64,000 nt of DNA from a virus (taxonomy: Duplodnaviria; Caudoviricetes): positions 38,662-102,661 of IMG/VR virus record IMGVR_UViG_3300037067_021615. One strand, 5' to 3'. Shown in pieces: positions 27,909 through 37,687 of this stretch. The first letter of the stretch is position 1. Every line of letters starts with the position of its first letter. Below the pieces are notes generated by a model. The model was not told where the DNA came from. It saw only the letters and a list, made by a program, of their open reading frames with translations, and made no database searches. The translations under genes and the position numbers were made by a program.

Positions 27909-28685
27909 ATGGCATTTTTATCAGAATCATACAAATATAGAATAATGGAATTGGCTGGGCTAAAATCCATTGACGAAGCTATTGAATTTAATCGCCAAGA
28001 TTTATCTAAAACATATGATAAAAGTTGGCAAAGAATTCAAGGATTTGATTTAAATTTAATTAAGCAAGCCATTAGAGAAGGAAGAGCGATTGGAATATCT
28101 TATAAAAGTACTGATATGCCTGTAACAAAATTTAGAGTTATATTGCCTGTCACTTTGGGAAATTATAAAACAAAAAGCGGAGTACCATTAAAATTAAGTG
28201 CTTTTCATTTGGCTGGGCAATCTGAAAGAGAAGCTCAACGAGTTGGAGTGAGAAGTGCAGAACCACAATATGTATGGAGATTGTTTGATTTAGACCCAAA
28301 AAGTTTTAAAAGTATGTGGTTCTCAGAAAAATTTTTTTATGAGTATCCCCCTGGATATAAAAAAGGAGATAGACGATTTTCTAATATTTTTACTGAGTAT
28401 GATGCAAAAGTTGCAGAAATTGAAAAAGATGCTAGAGAAGGAAGGGGTGAAGAATTAGGCGAGCCAATTGATTTAACAAATGTAAAACCAACAGGGCAAA
28501 TTCCAGCTGAGGCTCCAGAAAACCAGAAAGGACCAGAAGTTAAAACCACAGAGGAGCCAAAACTTTCGGAACCAAAATCTCCAGAAGCTGGAGTAGAAAA
28601 ACCATTAACCGAAAGAGAAAGACATGCCTTATATTTAAAAAAACCTTGGAACAAATTCTTAAGAGATGGGTTTAAATTTTCTTAA
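27909..28685 (+). CDS. WYL-like domain protein with RxxELAGL N-terminal motif
   Basis: IKQAIREGRAIGISY..RVILPVTLG..LSAF..G.S..WRLFDLD. Confidence 0.65.
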   Translation: MAFLSESYKYRIMELAGLKSIDEAIEFNRQDLSKTYDKSWQRIQGFDLNLIKQAIREGRAIGISYKSTDMPVTKFRVILPVTLGNYKTKSGVPLKLSAFHLAGQSEREAQRVGVRSAEPQYVWRLFDLDPKSFKSMWFSEKFFYEYPPGYKKGDRRFSNIFTEYDAKVAEIEKDAREGRGEELGEPIDLTNVKPTGQIPAEAPENQKGPEVKTTEEPKLSEPKSPEAGVEKPLTERERHALYLKKPWNKFLRDGFKFS

Positions 28686-29150
28686 AAATTCAGGATTATT
28701 CAAAAGAATATTATTTGCTTTTTCTTGTAATTTAATAAGGTCTATAGAGTTATTGCTTCTATTATCTATTTTTAGTTCATCATGAATTATTTTGAGAGAA
28801 AAAAGTATAATTCCTCTTTTAATTTCAAAACATTTTTCTTTTGCAAATAGACCTTCATAAACTTTGCCATTATTATATTTATCAATCCACACTATTAAAT
28901 TTTTTTTTATATTAGGTTCTAATAAAGATTTCTTAAACAATTCTTTTGCTTTTATTTTATCTTGTGCAATTTTTTCTTTTCTAAGTCTCCAATTTAAAGC
29001 ATTTTTTTCTTCTAATTTTTTTCTTTCCTGTTCTCTTTTTTCTATTAAAGTTTGTCTATCTTTATCCTCTGTTATTTTTTTTTCATCTTCTTCAAGCTTT
29101 AATTTTAAAGCTGCTTCTTCCTCTAATTTCTTTTTTTCTTTTCTGTTCAT
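28659..29150 (-). CDS. Hypothetical protein
   Basis: Charged N-terminal helix. Confidence 0.6.
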   Translation of the reverse strand: MNRKEKKKLEEEAALKLKLEEDEKKITEDKDRQTLIEKREQERKKLEEKNALNWRLRKEKIAQDKIKAKELFKKSLLEPNIKKNLIVWIDKYNNGKVYEGLFAKEKCFEIKRGIILFSLKIIHDELKIDNRSNNSIDLIKLQEKANNILLNNPEFLRKFKPIS

Positions 29151-29165
29151 TGTTATATAAATTTT

Positions 29166-29486
29166 TTATTCTTTTTCAAATTTATCAAATACAATTACTG
29201 TACATTCTGTATTTAATTGAATATCTGGATAAAATCTTCTCATTTTTTGGCACATATCTTCATGAGATTTAAACCCATCATTTATTACGTAATCATTGGG
29301 GACATTTTGTAATTCAGTGTAAATTATGGTGTTAATATTTACAACTTCAGTTCTTTTAAAATCTAATGATTCAAATAAAAGGTGACCAAGTTTTATGTCT
29401 CTTCTACCATTTCTAATTGTACATTTTTTACCGCATTCAAGTGCATCAAAGATATCTTCAGCTAAAATTAATTTTTGTAATTCCAT
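29166..29486 (-). CDS. ASCH-domain protein
   Basis: GKKCTIR..DGF..MRRFYP. Confidence 0.8.
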   Translation of the reverse strand: MELQKLILAEDIFDALECGKKCTIRNGRRDIKLGHLLFESLDFKRTEVVNINTIIYTELQNVPNDYVINDGFKSHEDMCQKMRRFYPDIQLNTECTVIVFDKFEKE

Positions 29487-29504
29487 ATTTTAAAATATTA
29501 ATAA

Positions 29505-32500
29505 TTATGATATATTTATTTTTGTTATACCTGCATGTTCATTCATATCCAAGACTTCTTGCGGAATATTTTCAAAAGTTTTATAAACTTCTATAATGTT
29601 ATTTACACTATCTTTAATTTCATTTCTATGTGTAATCACAAGAACATTTTTATATTTATTTTTTAAATATTGTAGAACAGTTATAATTCCAGAAATTAAA
29701 TCATCATCCAAAGTACCAAAACCTTCATCGATTATATTTAAAGAAGGTTTAATCAAATTACTCATATAGTGTAAAGAATCTTTAATAACAACACTGGAAA
29801 TGAATTTTTGAGCCCCAGATGCAAATGCTAATGGTAACATATCAGATTTATCTCTACTAAAATAAAACCCTTCTATAACATCACCCTTTGTTGTTACACT
29901 CATTTCAATTTTAAAATTAACAATTGTACTCAAAATACTATTAATTTTATTGTTAATAATTGGTAATTTTCTTCTAATAATTTTAGCCGGAATGCCATCT
30001 CTGTGGACTGCTTGTAAGTATAAAGAATACTTTTTATATGTCTTTTCTGCGTTTTTAACCTCATCAAGTTTATTAATGAAATTTTCTAAGTTATTTTCTT
30101 CAACTCTGATATCTCCATTTTTATTAGTTATTTGCTGAGAGAATCCATATATAGAAATTTTATAAGCTTTATTTTGCTCTTGCAATTGTAAAATATTGTT
30201 TTCAATAGAGAGATTGTATTTTAAGCAGTTCGAAATTTCTTTTATTTTTACTAAGTTAGCGTCCAATTTTTTTAATAATTCAGTATTATCATCAATAGAT
30301 AATTTTATTGATTTCATTGAATGAGTTTTTACATCTACAATTTTATTATGATTTATAATTTCTTGTGATTGTAATAATAAATTAAGTCTTTCTATGTTTT
30401 TGGTTTTATTATCAATTTCTTTTTTTATCCATTGTAAAGTTTGGTTTTTGTTTTCAACGTCTTTATTATGTGCAATAATACCTTGGGACTGTGATATTAA
30501 TTCTATTTTTTGAATTAATGCTTCTTTTCTTGACTTTCTTGAAGTTAATGCCAAGCGCAAATTCAAAAGATTAGAATTTTGTATTTCACAATTATTGTTA
30601 TGTTGAGAATCTTCATAAAATTTATTTATAGCATTAGTATAATTATTAACAAGTCCAGTTTTTGCTGAAATATCTTCCAAACATTGATTATATAATTCTA
30701 TATTTGGCTCTGTGGTTATATGCCCACAAGTGGGACATTTTTCCCCCTTATATGTCGGTAGTTTAGCATTTAAATCTGCTATTTGGAAATTCAAATTTTG
30801 TACAATTAAACCAAATCCTTCTATACTATATAGTTGTCTTACTGGATTTGTATTAATCCATTTTTCTATCTTAATATATTTTGCTTTATCTATATTAAAT
30901 TCTTCATTTTCTTTTGTATACTCTTGGCTTAATTTTTCAATACTTTCCTTTTCATCAAACGGAAGTTCTTTTTTAAAATTATTAGAAACCCAATTAGATA
31001 GTTCTTCACAATTTTGAATATCTATTTCAAGTTGCTGCTGTAAGATATTTATATTTGATGGGATGTTTTCTTGTATTGATAATTCTGTCCCAAGTTTTTC
31101 TATAACGTCTTGTTCGTCAAATGGTAACTCCTTTTTAAAGTTTGTAGATGTCCATAATAATAAATCTTGATAATCTTTTTTGCTTTGTTCTAATATTCTC
31201 TTTGTTTCATTTATAAGAATCACAACATCTTCCTCTTTAGATAATTCTCCTTTAATAATAGGAGAATATTGCTTTAACTCTTTAGTTAAAGAAATTATTT
31301 CATTATCTATTTTTTCTTTTTTCTTTTCAGAACTATCTTTTTCTTTAACAAAAGAATCATATTCAGATTTTAATGTAGTTATTTTATTCTCTATTTCCAA
31401 AACTTTTGCCTGAAGATATATTATATCTCCTAATTCTTTTTGCTTTTTCTTTATATCATTAAATTTTTTATTACAGAAATCATATCTAACCCTAAATGGC
31501 TCTAACCCAAGATATTTGTTTACCAAGTCATTTTTTGGTTGCTGCTCTTGGTTTATATAATCCTCCTTCCCTCCTTGGGTTTGTAAACAAACTTTTGTAA
31601 AATCTTCAACAACACCGATAGAATCTAAAATAATAGATTTAACTTCTATATTAACATTGGCTTTCTTATCAGATATTTCTGATGCCCATTTTTGTTTCCC
31701 ACTATCATCAGTAATTAATTTTTTAAATTCTACTGGGTACTTATTTGAAGATTCGTTGTGCTTATCAATTGTAGTTATTACTTCCCTTTTTATATAATAC
31801 TTTTCTCCATCTATTGTTAAGTGTATTTTTACATATCCCTTATTTGAAGATGTATATATATTTACAAGTTTTTTTGCACTACCTCCTCCAAGGATGTGTT
31901 GATATAAACCCCAAACAATTGCTTTAACAACATTAGATTTACCAGAATAATTTTTACCAAATATTCCAGTAGAACCTCTCATTTTTTCAAGGTTAATAAT
32001 AATTGGTTTTTCAGGAAATGAAAAAATATTAGATATTTCAATACAATCAACATCCCATAATTTTATATTTTGAACTTTTTCTGAAATCTCCAACTCTTTG
32101 TCAACATATTTTGCTAATTCTAAAACTTCGTTTATTATATCTTTGTCTTCATCTGGATTAGTTTCTTTAAAATAAGTTATTATTTGTTGTAAAAATGTTT
32201 CTTTATTTATTGAATCTGCCACATCTGTATTATCTTGTTCAGCCTTTTTCATTTCGGAAAATTCAACTTTTACAACATCACACCCAAATTTTTCCTTTAC
32301 CAATTTGGCAATTTGCATTTCTTTTTCTGTAGAATAATTTTCTTCATAGTCTTCCCATGTAATATAAACTTTAGTTTTTCTTTTATTGTTGCTGAATTTT
32401 ATATTTTCAATTCTTTCCTCAATCATCTCTCCTTTGGCAATAGTTAGTTTGGCAAATCCGTAGTCATTAAGAATATATCTTCTTTGGAATGTTTTTTTAT

Positions 32501-33257
32501 CTAAATCCCACATTAAATATCCCTTATCAATTGATTCCCCATAATCTTGCTGAATTAATGAACCACAATAAGCCATACTTTCATTGTCTCTAAATGCTTG
32601 GTGTTCATGGATATCGCCCATCATAACTACATCGAAATTGTTAAATGTTGTTATATTTAATAATCCATCGTTTATTAATTCATATCCATTATCACCTCTA
32701 GCGCCTTTTAGTTGACCATGATATAATGCCACATATTTAACTCCTTCGTTCTTTTTGTCTAATGTAAGTATTTTATTATCTTTACATGAATAGACTCCAT
32801 AAATTAAATCATCAGATATTTTATAAAAATCACTATCTGGAAAAAGGTAAATTCCTTTTTTTGAAAAATCTATGAAATCTACATTATTTTTATTTATTAT
32901 AAAGGACTTTTTGAACGTTTTTTTAACTGACTCAGAAACTAAATCTGCAAATCTATCAGCTATGTTAAAGATTGGAGTTATAGTATCCCCTTGTTCTTTT
33001 TGCTGTAAATTTAAGTCGTGATTGCCAAATATAATATCAACTGGAGCTATTTTAGCCAAATTTATTAAAAATTCAGAAGTTAAATTAACAGAGCCTGGAG
33101 ACATGTTAACTTTTAAGTGGTTAAGGTCTCCGGTGATTACTATTCTATTGGGTTTTTGTTTTTTTAAATCGTCAAACAATCTATCAAATACTTCTTTGTA
33201 TTCAGCATGTCTACTTGAAAATCTGATATGAATGTCTGATAAATGAGCTATTTTCAT
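29505..33257 (-). CDS. Mre11/SbcD-Rad50/SbcC fusion nuclease-ATPase
   Basis: DIH, GDL, GNHD, GDIH; GKNYSGKS; CPTCG hook; ASGAQ; DEGFGTLD; ITH. Confidence 0.93.
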   Translation of the reverse strand: MKIAHLSDIHIRFSSRHAEYKEVFDRLFDDLKKQKPNRIVITGDLNHLKVNMSPGSVNLTSEFLINLAKIAPVDIIFGNHDLNLQQKEQGDTITPIFNIADRFADLVSESVKKTFKKSFIINKNNVDFIDFSKKGIYLFPDSDFYKISDDLIYGVYSCKDNKILTLDKKNEGVKYVALYHGQLKGARGDNGYELINDGLLNITTFNNFDVVMMGDIHEHQAFRDNESMAYCGSLIQQDYGESIDKGYLMWDLDKKTFQRRYILNDYGFAKLTIAKGEMIEERIENIKFSNNKRKTKVYITWEDYEENYSTEKEMQIAKLVKEKFGCDVVKVEFSEMKKAEQDNTDVADSINKETFLQQIITYFKETNPDEDKDIINEVLELAKYVDKELEISEKVQNIKLWDVDCIEISNIFSFPEKPIIINLEKMRGSTGIFGKNYSGKSNVVKAIVWGLYQHILGGGSAKKLVNIYTSSNKGYVKIHLTIDGEKYYIKREVITTIDKHNESSNKYPVEFKKLITDDSGKQKWASEISDKKANVNIEVKSIILDSIGVVEDFTKVCLQTQGGKEDYINQEQQPKNDLVNKYLGLEPFRVRYDFCNKKFNDIKKKQKELGDIIYLQAKVLEIENKITTLKSEYDSFVKEKDSSEKKKEKIDNEIISLTKELKQYSPIIKGELSKEEDVVILINETKRILEQSKKDYQDLLLWTSTNFKKELPFDEQDVIEKLGTELSIQENIPSNINILQQQLEIDIQNCEELSNWVSNNFKKELPFDEKESIEKLSQEYTKENEEFNIDKAKYIKIEKWINTNPVRQLYSIEGFGLIVQNLNFQIADLNAKLPTYKGEKCPTCGHITTEPNIELYNQCLEDISAKTGLVNNYTNAINKFYEDSQHNNNCEIQNSNLLNLRLALTSRKSRKEALIQKIELISQSQGIIAHNKDVENKNQTLQWIKKEIDNKTKNIERLNLLLQSQEIINHNKIVDVKTHSMKSIKLSIDDNTELLKKLDANLVKIKEISNCLKYNLSIENNILQLQEQNKAYKISIYGFSQQITNKNGDIRVEENNLENFINKLDEVKNAEKTYKKYSLYLQAVHRDGIPAKIIRRKLPIINNKINSILSTIVNFKIEMSVTTKGDVIEGFYFSRDKSDMLPLAFASGAQKFISSVVIKDSLHYMSNLIKPSLNIIDEGFGTLDDDLISGIITVLQYLKNKYKNVLVITHRNEIKDSVNNIIEVYKTFENIPQEVLDMNEHAGITKINIS

Positions 33258-33266
33258 ATATTCTAT

Positions 33267-34265
33267 TTAATTTAATATTCTTGATAATTTATAAATAAAG
33301 TCTATTTTTTTTCTATTTTTTAAAAGCTTAATTATAGCTTGAACTCCATTTTGCTCATAATGATAAGAAATATCTCCTAGCCCTTTTAAGTCTATAAAAT
33401 AAACATCCAATCCTAAAGAAGAAAGTTGTTCATAAATTTCAAAACTATCTTTAATAGCATCTTCATCTAAGCATATAATAACAGTGGAATTATGTTCAAT
33501 AAGTTTGGATATTAATAGCCATGATGGTGTTTTCCCTAACATAGGTATTGAGTTTGGTATTCTAAACATGTCAAAAACACCCTCCACAAGATACACTGGC
33601 AAATCCCAATTTATATTTCTCTCATTAAATATTATATCATATTTTTCTGGAACATTTTTGCTTAAAAAAACTTTTTGGTCTGGTTTATAATATGGTGGCT
33701 TTACTTTTTTGAGAAAGGTTCTAGCTTCAAAATAATTAATACTTCCACAATCATTTCGAGATGGTATTATTATTCTATTTCTATAAGCTCCAACTTCAGT
33801 ATATCCTATTTCATAGTCTACTAATTGATTAAAAGTCAGTTTTCTTATTTTTGTCATGTAATCATATGCTATTTTATGCATTGTAGATTTTACAGTAGAT
33901 GTAATCAAGGTATATCCTTCTGGAAGGGGGCATGTTATTAAATTATGATTTATAGTGTTCTTTCGGAAAACATTAACAAAGTTTCCCATATATTCTGGCA
34001 TTATAAGTTTTAATCTTTTATAATCCTCTGATGAGCCATATTTATGAACTAATTTATGAACAATTCCACTATCTTTACATTTCCAACATTTAAAAATATT
34101 TTCTTCTGTATTAAAGGCTAAATTAAATTTATTTATATCATTTCTACAATCATGACTAGGGCAATTAAATTCCCATTGTTTCCTTGCTTCAAAATCTTTT
34201 GAGGATTTTGGTTCCCCAAGAAAATTTTTCAAAATAGATAATATAATAATTTTTTGGTCTTCCAT
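33267..34265 (-). CDS. DnaG-type DNA primase
   Basis: Zn finger CPSHDC..CWKC; RIIIP; TOPRIM VEGVFD..LDED. Confidence 0.88.
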   Translation of the reverse strand: MEDQKIIILSILKNFLGEPKSSKDFEARKQWEFNCPSHDCRNDINKFNLAFNTEENIFKCWKCKDSGIVHKLVHKYGSSEDYKRLKLIMPEYMGNFVNVFRKNTINHNLITCPLPEGYTLITSTVKSTMHKIAYDYMTKIRKLTFNQLVDYEIGYTEVGAYRNRIIIPSRNDCGSINYFEARTFLKKVKPPYYKPDQKVFLSKNVPEKYDIIFNERNINWDLPVYLVEGVFDMFRIPNSIPMLGKTPSWLLISKLIEHNSTVIICLDEDAIKDSFEIYEQLSSLGLDVYFIDLKGLGDISYHYEQNGVQAIIKLLKNRKKIDFIYKLSRILN

Positions 34266-34273
34266 ATAATTTG

Positions 34274-34304
34274 CAAATATAGCACTAATTAATGTAAAAT
34301 CAAA
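34274..34304 (-). promoter_or_regulatory. Bacteroidota-type promoter
   Basis: TTTG(34301-04)-N19-TATATTTG(34274-81). Confidence 0.8.
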
Positions 34305-34314
34305 AAATAGAATA

Positions 34315-34349
34315 AAAAAACTCCCAAATGCTATATTTGGGAGTTTTTT
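34315..34349 (-). terminator. Intrinsic terminator
   Basis: AAAAAACTCCCAAAT-GCTAT-ATTTGGGAGTTTTTT. Confidence 0.85.
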
Positions 34350-34363
34350 GTGTTATTTTTAAT

Positions 34364-34525
34364 TTATTTTTTTACAACATCTGTAATAATTGGTACAGTA
34401 ACTACTGTATCTATATTAACTATTGTTGAATCTGTTTTTATTTCCTCCTTTTTAGCTCCTTCAGAGTTGCAGGAAAATAATGCAATTACTGAAATTGCAA
34501 ATAATAATGTAATAAGTTTTTTCAT
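34364..34525 (-). CDS. 53-aa lipoprotein (missed by ORF track)
   Basis: MKKLITLLFAISVIALFS|CNSEGAKKEEIKTDSTIVNIDTVVTVPIITDVVKK; own promoter motif (34561-68) and terminator. Confidence 0.85.
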   Translation of the reverse strand: MKKLITLLFAISVIALFSCNSEGAKKEEIKTDSTIVNIDTVVTVPIITDVVKK

Positions 34526-34597
34526 TTTTTTTATTAAATTTTAATTTAGTTTAAGTTGATTATAAATATAAAAAAAAAGTAAAAAAAATCAAGTTAA

Positions 34598-35140
34598 TTA
34601 AGAAATTTTTATTTTTTGCTTTTCTAACATTTTAATAAAACATTTTCCAATTATATAAGAATCTGTCATATCATAATTCTCTTCTAAAAGTTTTCTACTT
34701 CTTTCCCCATATTTCCAATTAATTTGTGGTTCCATTTCAACAACCTTTTCCCATATTTGATGTTTTGTAGATGCACCTTCTTTTTTTATTTTAAACCCAG
34801 GCAAAACAGTTGCCCTTGCATTGTTTACATTGTAATAAATTGGTACTACTTTAAAATGATTATATAAGAAAGAACTAATCATTCCATTAAAAAAATTTAA
34901 TATAGAAATTGTGTGTGCACTTGAAAATTTACCCTGAAATTTTTGCAGGGGTTCCTCTATAGCAATAGCTTCAATTTTAAATTTTAACAAATGAGAAATT
35001 TTTTCTTTAAACTCTTCTAATTTTTCAAATAGTCCTTTTTTATTGTCAAATTTTACATAATTTAATTCTATTAAAGTATTTTTTTCATTAAATACTGAAT
35101 AACCTACGCAACTTGTACTTATGTCCAAAGATAATAACAT
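34598..35140 (-). CDS. RuvC-like Holliday junction resolvase
   Basis: LSLDISTSCVGY, IAIEEP, DMTDS. Confidence 0.82.
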   Translation of the reverse strand: MLLSLDISTSCVGYSVFNEKNTLIELNYVKFDNKKGLFEKLEEFKEKISHLLKFKIEAIAIEEPLQKFQGKFSSAHTISILNFFNGMISSFLYNHFKVVPIYYNVNNARATVLPGFKIKKEGASTKHQIWEKVVEMEPQINWKYGERSRKLLEENYDMTDSYIIGKCFIKMLEKQKIKIS

Positions 35141-35190
35141 TTTAATTTTTTTTAGTTATTAAAATATATAAAAAAATAAATTATAAATCA

Positions 35191-35230
35191 AATAAAAAGG
35201 GAAATCTTTTTAAAATTTCCCTTTTTATTT
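35191..35230 (-). terminator. Intrinsic terminator
   Basis: AATAAAAAGGGAAAT..ATTTCCCTTTTTATT. Confidence 0.8.
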
Positions 35231-35248
35231 GTTTACCTTACAAAATAA

Positions 35249-36445
35249 TTAGATATCAATTTCTAAAGCAAAGGATAACATTCCATCATAAGTTTTTTCA
35301 ACTGGTCTATCTATTTTTGCAACTGCAATTAGTTGTTCGTGAATATTATATAAACCAATTTGATTAATAAAAATTGAGTCAAAATTTGTTGTATTATTGG
35401 ATATTTCGGCCAAATTTCTTGACAAAGGCCAAGTTGGATTTTTTGATATAAAAAACTCTCCTGGCATTGCAATGCAAACAACAGAATTTACATATCTTAT
35501 ACTAATATCTTGATATGTTAAAGTAGATGTTACACTTGTGAATACAATTCTTGATGTTCCACTTGTGGCACCTGCATTTGACCCTTTTATTATATTTGTT
35601 CCAGCACCAGTATCAATATACCCTGGTTCATAAACAGTACTTCCAGAAGTCCATGGAATATTATCAATTATGTCTGGATGTGTTAAGACTATAAATCCTT
35701 TATCTAAGCAAGCAAACCCGACAGGAATATCATAATTATATCCACCTGCCACACTTCCAATTGAACTATCTGTTCTAGGGTAAGACTGGTATACTGATAC
35801 TGCTAATTTTACAGAAGTCCACGGTCTTTGGTCTTTATTAAAATCTAAATCTTTTATTTCTGGATTATATGCTACAGCAGAAGGTCTATCTCTATAATCT
35901 GTTGTTGGGTCCCATGTAGTTACTTTATCATGACTTACAGTCCCATTTTCAGTTGTTCCAGTATATGGCTTATTTATATCATCTGAAAACAAAAACGCTA
36001 CATTATTAGGGCCGAAATATTTGATAGGCGAATCTGATACTTTAGCTGTTCTTAATTTATCAGAATAAAAACTTGAAATTATTGTTTTATATGTATTGCC
36101 ATTCTGTGGTACTTTCAAAGTAATTGACCTTCCGTCAATATACTCGCTATAGTAATTTTCACTAATTGGAATTACTACAATTTTATCTACATTTAATTGA
36201 AATAATTCTGGATTAGATTTAGCCATAGTATCTCCACTATAAAAAACTGAATTAGAACGTTTATGTGGCATATTAAATGTTGCAAAATAGTGTCCATATC
36301 TAGAACTAACATCTGTTCTATCTGCTAAAGTATAAGAAATTTGTGAATTAGATAAGCTAGTCCATGTTGCCACTTCTTTTCTTATAGAGGTTATTGAATT
36401 TACCAGTTTTTTGTTAATTTCTGCCATAATGTTGCTTGTTGCCAT
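35249..36445 (-). CDS. Baseplate/tail-collar-type structural protein (C-terminal half of domain)
   Basis: INQIGLYN..EQLIAVAK..PVEK. Confidence 0.7.
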   Translation of the reverse strand: MATSNIMAEINKKLVNSITSIRKEVATWTSLSNSQISYTLADRTDVSSRYGHYFATFNMPHKRSNSVFYSGDTMAKSNPELFQLNVDKIVVIPISENYYSEYIDGRSITLKVPQNGNTYKTIISSFYSDKLRTAKVSDSPIKYFGPNNVAFLFSDDINKPYTGTTENGTVSHDKVTTWDPTTDYRDRPSAVAYNPEIKDLDFNKDQRPWTSVKLAVSVYQSYPRTDSSIGSVAGGYNYDIPVGFACLDKGFIVLTHPDIIDNIPWTSGSTVYEPGYIDTGAGTNIIKGSNAGATSGTSRIVFTSVTSTLTYQDISIRYVNSVVCIAMPGEFFISKNPTWPLSRNLAEISNNTTNFDSIFINQIGLYNIHEQLIAVAKIDRPVEKTYDGMLSFALEIDI

Positions 36446-36486
36446 AATGCTATATTTTTATATTACTGCTTAGTTTATTGTTAATA

Positions 36487-37164
36487 TTATTCAACTGTTG
36501 GTTGTGCTGGTGCTTGTCCTGGATAATAAATAAATTCAAAAGCAAAAGTTGAAGCTTTACCCAAAACACCACTTAAATTTCCCCAAAAATTAAAAGAAAA
36601 TGATGCACTTTGAGTAGCCCCTGCTGAACTAAAAGTTTTTGTTTTATCTGTTGTTGGAACAGCACTTGAAGATTTGTCTTCAGTATTGTTTGGTAAAGTG
36701 CTTACATATTTTATAAATGCAGTAATAAAATCTGTTGGGACTGCTGTGGTATAATCTTGATATTTAGTTAAATAATTATTATTTTGTTTTGCTGGAACAC
36801 AATACACCATATTATAATACTGAGGATTATATTCATCTGGTCCGTAAAATTTAAGAGCGTATACGCTATTTGGAATGGGAAGATACCAAATTCCGTTTTG
36901 TGGACCAATACACGAAATTAATCCAGTAAAATTGGGTTTAATAAAATATTTTTCAACAGCTATTTGATTATTATTTATATTTCCGCCAAAATAAGTTATT
37001 AGTTGAATTGACTTTGCAATTGGAGACTTACTTGGATGTTGATTTTCTAAAATTGTATTTGTTGTGGTAGTATTGCTATCTACTGTGAGTGCTTGGTCTA
37101 AAGTAACTCCATTGTTTGAGGCAGATTTTTCTGCTGTTGTTGAAAAAATTGTTGATGTTGCCAT
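36487..37164 (-). CDS. Putative virion protein
   Basis: Ser/Thr-rich, inside structural operon. Confidence 0.55.
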   Translation of the reverse strand: MATSTIFSTTAEKSASNNGVTLDQALTVDSNTTTTNTILENQHPSKSPIAKSIQLITYFGGNINNNQIAVEKYFIKPNFTGLISCIGPQNGIWYLPIPNSVYALKFYGPDEYNPQYYNMVYCVPAKQNNNYLTKYQDYTTAVPTDFITAFIKYVSTLPNNTEDKSSSAVPTTDKTKTFSSAGATQSASFSFNFWGNLSGVLGKASTFAFEFIYYPGQAPAQPTVE

Positions 37165-37178
37165 ATTTATTTAATTAA

Positions 37179-37652
37179 TTATACACTTGTAGTGGAATTT
37201 ATATTACTAGTTGTTTCTACAAAAGTAGGAAAACTATTTAAATTTATATTTAGTATGTTACCTGCTATATTTGTTTCTAAAATATAAGGAACATCCACAG
37301 TTAAATTGTCATTTCCCGTCAGTCCATTAACTCCATTAACTTTTCCATTAACAGAAATTAAATTATTTTCTTCATGAATTATTGTACCCTTAATACAATC
37401 TTCATTTTTACCAGAAATATTTGCAATTTCGCCAGTCTCAAAACTGTTACCATAGGTTATATTATAATTATAATCTGGGTCAGACATAGAAAAATACACT
37501 ATTTTAAAAGCATCTATAGTTACATTATTATTATTTGAATCTGTTGTTAATGTAAATCTATTATTGTTGATGGGGTCAAACAAATATTTTCTCCCTAAGT
37601 CTGTTAAAAATGCGACTCCATAAATTGTACTTGATGATAAAATGTTTCCCAT
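37179..37652 (-). CDS. Baseplate/tail-collar-type protein (N-terminal half of domain)
   Basis: AFLTDLGRKYL..FKIVYFSMSDPDYNY; late motif 37665-72. Confidence 0.65.
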   Translation of the reverse strand: MGNILSSSTIYGVAFLTDLGRKYLFDPINNNRFTLTTDSNNNNVTIDAFKIVYFSMSDPDYNYNITYGNSFETGEIANISGKNEDCIKGTIIHEENNLISVNGKVNGVNGLTGNDNLTVDVPYILETNIAGNILNINLNSFPTFVETTSNINSTTSV

Positions 37653-37687
37653 AAATTTTTTTTTTATAAATATATTAAAAAATTTTT

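Noticed and set aside
34350-34544. Plus-strand 64-aa ORF from the track
   Set aside because: It is the antisense shadow of the minus-strand lipoprotein at 34364-34525
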